DNA of 64,000 nucleotides from an uncultured Pseudomonadales bacterium (GTDB lineage Bacteria; Patescibacteriota; Microgenomatia; UBA1400; PJMF01): NCBI GenBank assembly GCA_964620965.1, contig CAZUHV010000003.1, positions 12,777 to 76,776 of the forward strand, read 5' to 3'. Shown piece by piece: positions 47,974 to 57,754 of this stretch (position 1 is its first letter; each line of letters starts with the position of its first letter). The notes under the pieces were generated by a model. It saw only the letters and a program-made list of their open reading frames with translations, ran no database searches and was not told where the DNA came from. The position numbers and the translations under genes were made by a program.

Positions 47974-49104
47974 TTACGTTGCAGAAGGACCTAATCCAGA
48001 AGGAACATAGTCTAAATCACCAGGTTTTGGTTGTTTTTTACCAGTAGCTGCTTGGTTACCAGCTTTTGATTGTAGCTTTTCTGTAGAGACTTTAGCTTTG
48101 TTTCTGCTACCTTTTGGCCTACCTCTACCCCTTTTTGGTTTTTGATCAAGTAGCGGTTGTTGTTTTTTCACTAATTGAGGATTTTTCTCAGGAGAATCCG
48201 TTATATCTTCTTCTGTAATTACTAAAACGTCGTCTTCTGAAATTTCACTATTTTCTGAAACAGTTGCTGTAGTTGAATTATAAATTTCTGTGTTTCCTGT
48301 TTCTAAAGCGGTCTCAGATACGTCGCTCGAAGCATCTTCATCTGAATCACTTTCAGACTGATCGTCTCTAGCAAATCTTCTTGCTCCACTTCGTAATAAA
48401 TAAGAAACTATCTCAAATGTGTCTGCTGTAGCAAGATATGATTCTAAATTATCTGTTTCTTCGTCTATTCCTGCTAATAAGTTTGTTGCAACTTCAATAT
48501 CTAATTGATAATTCAAGTTTCGCAGTAAGTCAGAAACAAACTCACTTACACATGAACTACCTAAAATATCCAATTTTAGATTTCCAAATGAAGTTTCATA
48601 TGAATTAATACTAACTAAAGCAGTGTTTTGGTACAAATTTTCATATCCATAATATAACTGATCTAATGATTCCAAATCGTCTACACCAACTAAAATCACC
48701 ATATCAGCCTCTGCTCCTGTGTAAGAAAAACTAATATTTTCCCTTGAAAGTGGAGAAACTCCCTTTTTAGGTTTAATAGTTATATGAAGTTTCTGAGCTT
48801 CCTCATCTATGGCAGAAGTTATCTTTTCTACAGCATCTGAATTATAGTCAAGGCTGATACATAAGTTTTTATGACCAATATCAGTTTTTGTTTCATCTAA
48901 ATACACAATATCTGGCTCAGCTCCATATAAACTTTCGCTAGAAAGTAACGCCACTTGTTTATTTCCAAGTTCTTGAAATGTTTTATACAAAGCCGTTGCA
49001 GCAAATAAATGATCTCGTAATGCGTCTGGGGCATAAATAATAAGAACAGAATCTGACTGGTTAAAAAGCTCTTTAAATAGTTCTATTTTGTGTTGATCAA
49101 TCAT
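47974..49104 (-). CDS. DHH-superfamily-like (NrnA-like) protein with degenerate DHH motif and an acidic/AT-hook-like C-terminal tail
   Basis: NrnA-like segments ...LIIYAPDALRD..., MVILVGVDDL (DHH replaced by DDL) and DHHA1-like GSSCVSEFVSDLL...LLAGIDEETDN. The tail is DSDEDASSD...KPKRGRGRPKGSRNK. Confidence 0.4.
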   Translation of the reverse strand: MIDQHKIELFKELFNQSDSVLIIYAPDALRDHLFAATALYKTFQELGNKQVALLSSESLYGAEPDIVYLDETKTDIGHKNLCISLDYNSDAVEKITSAIDEEAQKLHITIKPKKGVSPLSRENISFSYTGAEADMVILVGVDDLESLDQLYYGYENLYQNTALVSINSYETSFGNLKLDILGSSCVSEFVSDLLRNLNYQLDIEVATNLLAGIDEETDNLESYLATADTFEIVSYLLRSGARRFARDDQSESDSDEDASSDVSETALETGNTEIYNSTTATVSENSEISEDDVLVITEEDITDSPEKNPQLVKKQQPLLDQKPKRGRGRPKGSRNKAKVSTEKLQSKAGNQAATGKKQPKPGDLDYVPSGLGPSAT

Positions 49105-49247
49105 AACTAAAAGAATAGGTCATATTATATACTATATAGTACAAAATATACACGTCTTACTATTTTTTTCAAGGATCTAAAAAATAAAAATACAAAATTC
49201 TTTCTGGTGTAAATCAAAAAAATCTTTGATATAATAGACTCAAGACT

Positions 49248-50915
49248 ATGGCAAAAAAATTCTTAGCCGTACTATTTATTTTTCTTTCATTAATGGTAGC
49301 AACTACCAGAATTTCTTTTGCACAAACTCCTGGTGGAGAAATCACCAACGAGCCTTGGAAACCATCAACAGAATCTACAGAGTTCAAAAGCTATAGACAA
49401 GCTATTGAAAGCGATAACTGTATGACTCCTTCTTTAGAATGTCTTGTACATCAAGTTTTCAGATTTACCGCATTAGAATTTGTTAATTCTACTCTGTATA
49501 CAGAATTCAAACCACAGATTGGAACTCCTAGTGGTGGAGAGCCTGCTGTAGACTTAAACTCCCCAGAAAAAATCATCAGCTATTCTAATCAAGGATTTGT
49601 ACATGGTGCAGGTAGACTTATCGGAACAATGTACTCCTACCCTGCTGCAAACACGAAAACATATGTTGCAGACGTCATGAACTCAGCACACATTACTCCC
49701 AAAGCATATGCTCAAGGTTTAGGTTTTGCATCTCTTAATCCGATCCTTGAACTTTGGAAAGCATTTAGAAATATTGCATACATGTTTTTTATTGTCATAT
49801 TCATAATTATCGGTTTCATGATTATGTTCAGACAACGAATTGGTGGACAAGCAGCCATCACCGCACAACAAGCAATTCCAAGTATTATCATTAGTCTGAT
49901 ACTTGTCACATTTTCTTATGCCATTGCAGGATTACTTATAGACTTTATGTATCTACTCATGTTCTTAATTATTGGAATATTTGGAGAGACTCTTCCAGAT
50001 GGAAGCCAAAATTTAATAGATCTCAATATCAGACAATTGGCAGGTCAACTCTTTATTGGAGCCGACAATCCTGCTGAGAATATTGATTTGGTTACAAATT
50101 TGTTTACCAGTTTAATTGGATCAGAAAACCTCCTTACGCAAGGACTTGGCGTTATTGGAGGTCTTACTTTAACAGTGGTGCTAGCTATCGCTATTTTGAT
50201 CGGAACAGTTAAACTATTTTTTGAACTATTAAAATCATATGCAAGTGTTGTTTTAAGCGTAGTTACAGCTCCAGTTGTTTTAATGATGGGAGCAATTCCT
50301 GGAAAAAATCCAGTGGTTCCTTGGATAAAAGATCTTATTGGAAACCTACTTCCCTTTCCAACTATTTTGTTAGTTTTAGTAATTTTCTTTCAATTCAAAT
50401 CTGCAACAAGTGGAGACAATCTTGGTGGATTTATGCCTCCATATTTATTAGGTCGAGGTCAATCAGGAGCAATTACTAGTTTGATGGGATTAGCTATCAT
50501 CTTAGCCCTTCCAGAAATTGTCAAAGATGTTAAAAAAGGACTTGTGAGAGAAGGCTTTGGAACTATGGTCTTTAAAGCTGCTGCCGAATCTGCAAAACAA
50601 GGCTGGAAAGGTGGAGAAATCATTCCAGGTGTGGCAGCAACGAATACTGCAAACCTCCCATATGTTGGTAAATATATCGGAAGTGGAAAAAATATGCTCA
50701 GGTCTACTGCTGTTGCAACACCTACGGCAGCTGTTGGAGCTGGAACATTTGCAAAAAGCAGTGCTTCATGGCTTGCTGGTAAGGCCGTTAATAAAGCAAC
50801 TAGAGGAAGATATGGTTGGTCTCCTGAAAACCCACTTATTGATGCTAAAAACAGATCTAAAGCAACTTACGATTATCTAGCCAAAAAGACAAAGCTTAAA
50901 GAAGAAAAAAAATAG
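49248..50915 (+). CDS. VirB6/TrbL-like polytopic membrane protein (T4SS inner-membrane channel component)
   Basis: The signal peptide ends ISFAQ. A soluble domain of about 150 aa follows, then at least 6 TM segments and a C-terminal soluble tail. This architecture is typical of VirB6/TrbL/PrgH. Confidence 0.5.
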   Translation: MAKKFLAVLFIFLSLMVATTRISFAQTPGGEITNEPWKPSTESTEFKSYRQAIESDNCMTPSLECLVHQVFRFTALEFVNSTLYTEFKPQIGTPSGGEPAVDLNSPEKIISYSNQGFVHGAGRLIGTMYSYPAANTKTYVADVMNSAHITPKAYAQGLGFASLNPILELWKAFRNIAYMFFIVIFIIIGFMIMFRQRIGGQAAITAQQAIPSIIISLILVTFSYAIAGLLIDFMYLLMFLIIGIFGETLPDGSQNLIDLNIRQLAGQLFIGADNPAENIDLVTNLFTSLIGSENLLTQGLGVIGGLTLTVVLAIAILIGTVKLFFELLKSYASVVLSVVTAPVVLMMGAIPGKNPVVPWIKDLIGNLLPFPTILLVLVIFFQFKSATSGDNLGGFMPPYLLGRGQSGAITSLMGLAIILALPEIVKDVKKGLVREGFGTMVFKAAAESAKQGWKGGEIIPGVAATNTANLPYVGKYIGSGKNMLRSTAVATPTAAVGAGTFAKSSASWLAGKAVNKATRGRYGWSPENPLIDAKNRSKATYDYLAKKTKLKEEKK

Positions 50916-51039
50916 TTCTTTAAGCCAGTAACTTGAAGTTATAGTCCTTCAGTTTTCCAATTCAAAAACATTGTGCGAAAAGGTCAAAACCTTTATCAAA
51001 AAAAACTTTTATTTGAGAAAAAAAATACTAAATTAAAGA

Positions 51040-54000
51040 TTACTTTTTTGCCTCTTCTGGCACACCATAAATAGACATTTGAATTTGTTTATCAAGAACT
51101 CTTGCCTTAAGTTTGTTTTGCATTTCAAACAATCTACGTTTAATTGAATTAGATCCAGTTCTAATAACTTGGTTAACTCCAAACTTAGGTTCTGTTCTAG
51201 CAATCCTGAGTGCTGCCGGATCCAATCTAGCATCATTAACTAGTGATAACATAGTTATTCCAAGCCCTTGTTTTATCGTAGCTCTTGGAATAAAATTAAG
51301 AATATAGTCTCTGATATCAGGCATTTCTGCTTTTTCTCTGGCAGAATCACTTAAAGCTTCAAAACTTGGCATCTTACCACCTCTAGGAAGTAACATTCCA
51401 ATATTTTTAACTTGGTCATGGCTTCCTGGTACTAAAGCTTTATAGTCTTGTTCTGCCTTTTTACCTGCTTGCATTTCTGCTTCTGTTAGAACATCTTTGC
51501 CAAAATAAAAGTCTTTTTTCTCTTCTGTCTGCATATAAGATGCTACTAATCCTCTGCTTACTTTATACATAGGAGGATTAGAGCCACGAACCTTAGAAAA
51601 TTTAGTTAAACCCATACCTGCCATATTAGCAGAATCTTCCTTCAAAATTCTTTGAATACCGTCTGTCAAGAATTTCTGTCCGGAATCTGTGTTGTCACAG
51701 ATTCTATAAATTTTATACATTTTATCTATATACATAATGATGTTTTGAGCAATATGATCCCACCTAAACCAGAACATAGCTGCTTTAAGAGGTGAAAAAG
51801 TATTTTGGATAATATCTTTAAGACCCTGTAAAAGTTCTGCTCTAAAGGCCTCTGGATCTTTTTTAGCTATTGCTTCAAAATCTAAACTACCACCAGGAAC
51901 ACCATCTGTTTTTAAAGCAAATTCTTTATATTTTTCAAAGCCAGTCCACCATGCTAAGAAACCAGTCTTTTTATTAGCATCTTGTCTTTGTCTACTTGCT
52001 AAGATAACAAAAGAATAAGCATCTGGATAAGCTGTTTCTATGTGGTCATAATAACTGTTTAAAGAACCTAATTTAACCCTATGTTTTCTAACTCCTCCAG
52101 AAATTGCTTTATTTACTAATCTTGTTAAATGTTGAGAAATCAAAATATTACTTACATTTTCAAAACTACCTGGAATTTTTCCAACAGTTGGATCAATAAT
52201 TCTATCTTCCAATCTTGTTCCATTTAAATATGTAATAATTGCTTGTTCATCAGTATTATCTTTTCCGAAGTTCTCCAAATCCCAATCTACTCGATAATAC
52301 AAAGATAATGGATGAGGCCTAATTCCTTTATAGCAAGCATAGTTGGCTGCTCCATAAGGATTTACAGCTTTCATCATATCTTGATAGTAAGCTATTCCTC
52401 CAGGAGGAGTTGCTCCTGTTGAGAATCTGGTATTAAAATTATGTAGACCAACACCTAAGGATGTTCCCATCCTCACAGCTAAAAATTGGATTATACGCCT
52501 TTGGTAAGCATCTGGGTCTTTTTCTTGTAAGAGATTTTTAACATCTTCTTTTGAGAATTCAACTGTTTCATCTTTACCCATAGAAAGAAATTCTTCTTCT
52601 CTTGCAATGTTGCAAACAATCTTCCCATCTTTTTCTGTAAAGAATTTTTGACTATTTTTACCATCACGATTCTTTCTCTTCAAAAGATCGTCGTATCTTT
52701 TTTCAAAGTTAACAAAATATTTCTTTAATGCAGCTTCATCAACACCACCTATAGACTTATCTTTTCTCAGGAAAGAATTTAGCTTTTGCTGAGCATCCCT
52801 TGCTTCTTGAGATCTTTCTCCTTTTTCCAAAACTGCTTGTTTATATGTAATATTTAAAATTAAATAATCTATAAATAAATTTATGAAGGCACTAAACTGT
52901 TCTTTTGTCTCACCACTATCTTTATGATCCCAACCATTTGGTAATAAAACTATCTCGAAATCATTCATCAAGAATGGTAATAAGAACATAATCACACGCA
53001 ATGTTCTAGAATGCTCAAAAACTAAATCTTTTCCTATTTCTTTTTCAAAATGAGTAAAAAAGTCGAAGGTGTTAGAAATATTATAGTCTTCATCTCCAGA
53101 TCTATCTGTTCCTCCAACGTCAGTTTGTTTTAATTCTTCATAGTTACAAGCAAGAGAGGCTATTCCTCCATTATTTGCCCTAATTCTTCCAAGATCATCA
53201 ATATATGTTGCCTGCAACATCATCAAGCCTTGAGAACCATATTTAATTCTCCAGTATTCAGCTTCTTCTGGAGATAAAAGATTCTCCAGAATTTTCTCAA
53301 ATCTCGTGAAAACCCCATGTGCTGAGTTATGTCTATCAGAGGCCTCAGCACGCGCAAATGGCAATATAAACTTCATAAAACCACTTGCTTCATGATTCAT
53401 TTTAGAATTTGATCTAAAAAAGTTAATCATTATTTTGTTTGACTGATTTATAAAAGCTTCTAATACAATTAGTAACTCTCTTCTACTTTCCGGACTTTTT
53501 CCTTTATCTTCAATTTTAGAAATCACTTCATCAAACATCTCTATATATAGGTTTAACCAAGTATCATCTTCCGGAAGTTCTGGTTTTCTAGAAAAATCTA
53601 AACCATGTATAACAGGTTCTTTACTTGTATCAACGCCTGTTGGAGTTGCTGGGGTTGTTCGTGCTTTCAATAGATCCCTAACATGTTGTAAATCAGCTCT
53701 GACACGAGCAATTTTATTTGAAATCATTTCGGCAAAAAGTTCTCTTGCTATTGTGACATTAACGTCTATAACTGTTGCAGATCTTTCGTAGAATTCTTTC
53801 CAGACAGGGTAGTATCTGCCTGAAGTAATTGCTGTGAGTAGGGCATCAAAATTAGCAACTTGGACATCACTGTGTGCAGAAGGAGTATTCTTAAATTGCT
53901 CAGCAAAAACAACCAATTTATCTAGTTGTTGAACAATTCTATTAAACTCCGCTTTTCTCTCAGGGGTATTTATACTAAATTTCTCATAAAGAGTCTGCAT

Positions 54001-54054
54001 CTCTGCATCACTATCATGATTAGCTAAACTTTCCTGTTGACCTGGTCTTACCAT
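51040..54054 (-). CDS. Very large hypothetical soluble protein (1004 aa) inside the T4SS-like locus
   Basis: Long uninterrupted ORF with no TM segments and no signal peptide. No family recognised. Confidence 0.5.
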   Translation of the reverse strand: MVRPGQQESLANHDSDAEMQTLYEKFSINTPERKAEFNRIVQQLDKLVVFAEQFKNTPSAHSDVQVANFDALLTAITSGRYYPVWKEFYERSATVIDVNVTIARELFAEMISNKIARVRADLQHVRDLLKARTTPATPTGVDTSKEPVIHGLDFSRKPELPEDDTWLNLYIEMFDEVISKIEDKGKSPESRRELLIVLEAFINQSNKIMINFFRSNSKMNHEASGFMKFILPFARAEASDRHNSAHGVFTRFEKILENLLSPEEAEYWRIKYGSQGLMMLQATYIDDLGRIRANNGGIASLACNYEELKQTDVGGTDRSGDEDYNISNTFDFFTHFEKEIGKDLVFEHSRTLRVIMFLLPFLMNDFEIVLLPNGWDHKDSGETKEQFSAFINLFIDYLILNITYKQAVLEKGERSQEARDAQQKLNSFLRKDKSIGGVDEAALKKYFVNFEKRYDDLLKRKNRDGKNSQKFFTEKDGKIVCNIAREEEFLSMGKDETVEFSKEDVKNLLQEKDPDAYQRRIIQFLAVRMGTSLGVGLHNFNTRFSTGATPPGGIAYYQDMMKAVNPYGAANYACYKGIRPHPLSLYYRVDWDLENFGKDNTDEQAIITYLNGTRLEDRIIDPTVGKIPGSFENVSNILISQHLTRLVNKAISGGVRKHRVKLGSLNSYYDHIETAYPDAYSFVILASRQRQDANKKTGFLAWWTGFEKYKEFALKTDGVPGGSLDFEAIAKKDPEAFRAELLQGLKDIIQNTFSPLKAAMFWFRWDHIAQNIIMYIDKMYKIYRICDNTDSGQKFLTDGIQRILKEDSANMAGMGLTKFSKVRGSNPPMYKVSRGLVASYMQTEEKKDFYFGKDVLTEAEMQAGKKAEQDYKALVPGSHDQVKNIGMLLPRGGKMPSFEALSDSAREKAEMPDIRDYILNFIPRATIKQGLGITMLSLVNDARLDPAALRIARTEPKFGVNQVIRTGSNSIKRRLFEMQNKLKARVLDKQIQMSIYGVPEEAKK

Positions 54055-54087
54055 ACCAAGTTATTTTACCACTAAACATAAAAATAA

Positions 54088-55296
54088 TTAAGCAGAAATT
54101 CCCCAAAATTTATCGAGTTGTTGACCATTGTTCATCATCTGCTCCATGAAAAAAGAAAAAGATGTCCCATCTAAAGTATATGAAGATCCATCATTAACAA
54201 GCTCAGTTGCAAAATTGAGTCTAAAATTCTTTATATTTTGCTCTCTTTGACTGCTATTTGTAAAAAGTTCTGCTACCATTTCCAAAAGGAATACTTTTAC
54301 TTCCTTTTTATCTGGATTTTCTTTAAGTTTAAAAAGCCTCTCACTATTTTTAGCTCCCCATTCTGGGTTAATTTTTCTAGCTGACTTTTCTAGAGCAGTT
54401 GCAACAACTCTTACATCCTTAAACATCTCTCTAAAAAATGGAAGAGGAATATTTTCTACTTGAACTCCGTCAACTTCTGTTGTCCCAAATTTAAGTCTTT
54501 GACCATCTCTACCTCTGGTGTGAATTGGATCAACCAAAAAAGCTAAAAATGTGTCAACACTACTCCCTTTATTTAAATCAATAAAAAAATCTATACTCTT
54601 ATCCGAAAATTCTAAGGCTTCTCTTAATTTCTTTTTTAATTTAGATGAGTCTTCTTCTGAGCCACCTCTTTCTTGAACTACTCCATCAATTTTGTCTTCT
54701 GCATCTTTTATTGTTTCTGACTGTAATGAATCTTTTAACTCAGAATTTCTTAAAAAAACTAAATCTTTTTTTTGCCTTAAATGCTCTAAAGCTCTTGCTG
54801 TTAACAATACTTCATCGGTTTTTTGAAAAACGGTATCTTCAATTCCGGAACCAGTTCCAGGCCCGAATTGATTTATTCCTCCAGATATATCTCCTATTAT
54901 TTGTTTAAAAGAGGCATAAATTTCATCAAAATCTGAAAAGGCTTGCTGCAATAAATCAGGATTTTGTTCTGACATAGTTACAACTTTTTCTAGAGCTACT
55001 TCTAAGGCCCCTTCTTTTTTTAGTAAATCTACTTTAGCTTTTTCTAACTTTGCTAAAAACTGTTCTTCTGTTAATTGAGTCTGTTCTGAATCTTGAGTCT
55101 CCCCAAGTTTATCTACCGAGTCTAACAACTCCTGCATTCCTGGACTTGGAGCTTTGGTATTTTGAGAAGAATCGTCAGAATCAGAATCTACTGTTTCATC
55201 ATTAACAACAACACCCTCTACATCTGCATCTGTTGCCTCAACTTGATCAACTGCTGCTTCTTTAATTTCTTCTGGCATTGGGATTGGTTCTTGCAT
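54088..55296 (-). CDS. Hypothetical acidic protein (402 aa), co-operonic with the 1004-aa protein
   Basis: Highly acidic N-terminus (DxDxE-rich) with predicted coiled-coil segments. No family recognised. Confidence 0.45.
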   Translation of the reverse strand: MQEPIPMPEEIKEAAVDQVEATDADVEGVVVNDETVDSDSDDSSQNTKAPSPGMQELLDSVDKLGETQDSEQTQLTEEQFLAKLEKAKVDLLKKEGALEVALEKVVTMSEQNPDLLQQAFSDFDEIYASFKQIIGDISGGINQFGPGTGSGIEDTVFQKTDEVLLTARALEHLRQKKDLVFLRNSELKDSLQSETIKDAEDKIDGVVQERGGSEEDSSKLKKKLREALEFSDKSIDFFIDLNKGSSVDTFLAFLVDPIHTRGRDGQRLKFGTTEVDGVQVENIPLPFFREMFKDVRVVATALEKSARKINPEWGAKNSERLFKLKENPDKKEVKVFLLEMVAELFTNSSQREQNIKNFRLNFATELVNDGSSYTLDGTSFSFFMEQMMNNGQQLDKFWGISA

Positions 55297-55488
55297 ATAC
55301 CTTATTTATACAAAAATGATCAAACTTTTTCCATTGCACTTTTTTGAGTATTTCTGATATAACTATCTAACAAATAATTGTGGAATCTAGTGTAATTCTA
55401 GAACTGTGCCGCAACGGTGATTTTAGATTGATAAATCTATAAAAAGTCCGATCTTCAATTTTTGTAAATGTTTTGAATAGATTCTGTT

Positions 55489-57711
55489 TTGTTCAAGCAT
55501 TTGTATAAATCAACGAGCATTGAACCCATGTTGTATCAACAAACAGTACCAACTCAATCTCCAGAATCATTTTTTCAACCAAACTATATAGAAGGTTCTT
55601 TTTTAACACAAAAAATAAATACTACTCATAAAAAATTACTTGAACAAAGATTATTCTTTCAACAATTGTTGAAAGAACAATCAAAAATAAGAGCTAATAG
55701 AAAAAAAAACACCTTCACTTCAAAAAACTCAATCTGGGACACGGTCAAACTTGTAGATAGATTTGCAAAGACAGAATATCAGTCAACTCAAGCAAAAATA
55801 GACCTTTTAAAATTTGATGCAGATCATTTTGCTAGAGAAATGGCACTCGTTGAAACAATTACTCGGTTTTCATATTGGCATAGCATTAAAGAAGATGAAA
55901 CTTTTGGAGATGGATATTCAGAAGATTTGGGACTTATGCTCAACACATTTGCTCAGGACCTTTCAAAAAATGGATTCAATGCCTCTAGAGCAACAATTGA
56001 ATCTGTGTCATTTCAAAAAGCAAAGTACTTATTAACCCAAATTGCTTTATCCCAAAAAAATAGCGGAATACTTATCACAAGTTTTCCTGATGATAAAGAC
56101 TCCGGCTATCACGGAGTTGATTCAAAACAAAATTGGGATACTCCAGAAACTCATCATTCTTTTTTTTATTTGCTTCAAGTCGGAGAAACTAAACAAGACA
56201 AAACAGGAAAAATAACAGACTTTGAGATAAAAACAACTCAATATAGAGCTTGGCCCAATGCAAGACAAGCGGTTTCTTTACATGAACAATTAGGCCAGCC
56301 AATTCACAACTTTGATGCCCCTATTCCTAACTTACTTTTTGCTAACTTAATAGAACTAGATGAAAAAGCGCTACAAACAGTATTACAATCACAAAAAATT
56401 GTTCCCGATAAAACAGAATTACCAGTCGACTCACAAGAAAATAATCTAGAAAGCATTTTTAGAGAATTTTTATATAGCAACTCAAAAACACACGTAATTA
56501 ACCATACCCATATTCCAAAAGTAGACCAAGAGGCTTTTTGGGAGTTACAAAATACATACTTTACTGATTTTTATCTAACAGTTGCACTTCCAGTTTTTGA
56601 AGAAATTGATCAAATAAAGAAAAAAAATAAACAACTAGATAGAAGAACAATAAAACAGATTCAAGAAAAAATTGACTACTTAGATAAAGCTTTTTTTTAT
56701 TACTCAAAAATACTTTTAGGTTGGATAAAAATTAATAATACTAATCCAAACTACACCGATGCCTTTAAAGAAAAAAGCCAAACTAAAAAACTGATTGATC
56801 TTCAACAAAAACTGCTGCTCAGACTTCTTGGCCAAAAACAAACTACAAAAGTTCCTACTCCAAAAGAGCTCGTTACAGTTTTAGATATTGATCATCGTCT
56901 AGCAACAAAACAACCCGTTTCTAATGCAGAAAAAAAGAAACTATTAACTGTTTGGGGATTTTTTTCATTTGTTGGTAGATTTGGAAGTCTTCTACAATGT
57001 GGAGTCCTTACTCCTTTTACTATGCCTTTATCTATCTTAAAAAAAAGTGTTGGAATTAATAATAATTTGTCTGAATTCACGAATTCTATTCAATCAATTT
57101 CTGTTCCAGAAAAACAAGAATTCTTAAAACAAATTCAAAAAGAAGAGTATGTCGAACTTGACCTTACAGATGTAAAACCTGTTGGGGCTAAAAAAATATA
57201 TTCTGTTCCTAAAAGCTACCTAGAAGGAGCAGGTTGTATTGTTGATGAAAATGGAGATGTTTTGGGACCTTGTATGGAAACAGTTATAGAAAATGGAGTT
57301 GAAGTAAAAAAGAGAATTCCATTGGACGACCCAAGAGATACCTTAGCTTTTCCTATGCCATTGGCGGAATTTAAAATGTATATGCAAACACTACAACAAA
57401 ATATTCAACAGGCTTCTCTCTCTGAGATTGACCAGATCTTCACTGAAGGTGATTTTTCTGATAGCGAAAAAAGAGAAGTTCAAAAAACTATTAAAAAGCT
57501 CAGACAAAAACTAATTAAACAGTCGCTTGGTTTACAAGAATTTTTCACTGGGAATCTCACCAATGAGCTTTTTTATTCAAATAATAAGTGGCTCAAAGAA
57601 TTGATTCTAAAACTCTCTTTCTCACTCAACCCAGTAGAAACATTAATTACAGAAGTAGAGATGAAACTAAACGAATCAGACTCTCCCATAGAACAACTCA
57701 TTTCAGAATAA
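55489..57711 (+). CDS. Large hypothetical protein (740 aa)
   Basis: Long ORF transcribed divergently from the 402-aa/1004-aa pair. No TM segments. No family recognised. Confidence 0.5.
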   Translation: MFKHLYKSTSIEPMLYQQTVPTQSPESFFQPNYIEGSFLTQKINTTHKKLLEQRLFFQQLLKEQSKIRANRKKNTFTSKNSIWDTVKLVDRFAKTEYQSTQAKIDLLKFDADHFAREMALVETITRFSYWHSIKEDETFGDGYSEDLGLMLNTFAQDLSKNGFNASRATIESVSFQKAKYLLTQIALSQKNSGILITSFPDDKDSGYHGVDSKQNWDTPETHHSFFYLLQVGETKQDKTGKITDFEIKTTQYRAWPNARQAVSLHEQLGQPIHNFDAPIPNLLFANLIELDEKALQTVLQSQKIVPDKTELPVDSQENNLESIFREFLYSNSKTHVINHTHIPKVDQEAFWELQNTYFTDFYLTVALPVFEEIDQIKKKNKQLDRRTIKQIQEKIDYLDKAFFYYSKILLGWIKINNTNPNYTDAFKEKSQTKKLIDLQQKLLLRLLGQKQTTKVPTPKELVTVLDIDHRLATKQPVSNAEKKKLLTVWGFFSFVGRFGSLLQCGVLTPFTMPLSILKKSVGINNNLSEFTNSIQSISVPEKQEFLKQIQKEEYVELDLTDVKPVGAKKIYSVPKSYLEGAGCIVDENGDVLGPCMETVIENGVEVKKRIPLDDPRDTLAFPMPLAEFKMYMQTLQQNIQQASLSEIDQIFTEGDFSDSEKREVQKTIKKLRQKLIKQSLGLQEFFTGNLTNELFYSNNKWLKELILKLSFSLNPVETLITEVEMKLNESDSPIEQLISE

Positions 57712-57754
57712 AATTTACTGGAAAATCCGACTTAACTCAGGGTATAATTAGCAT

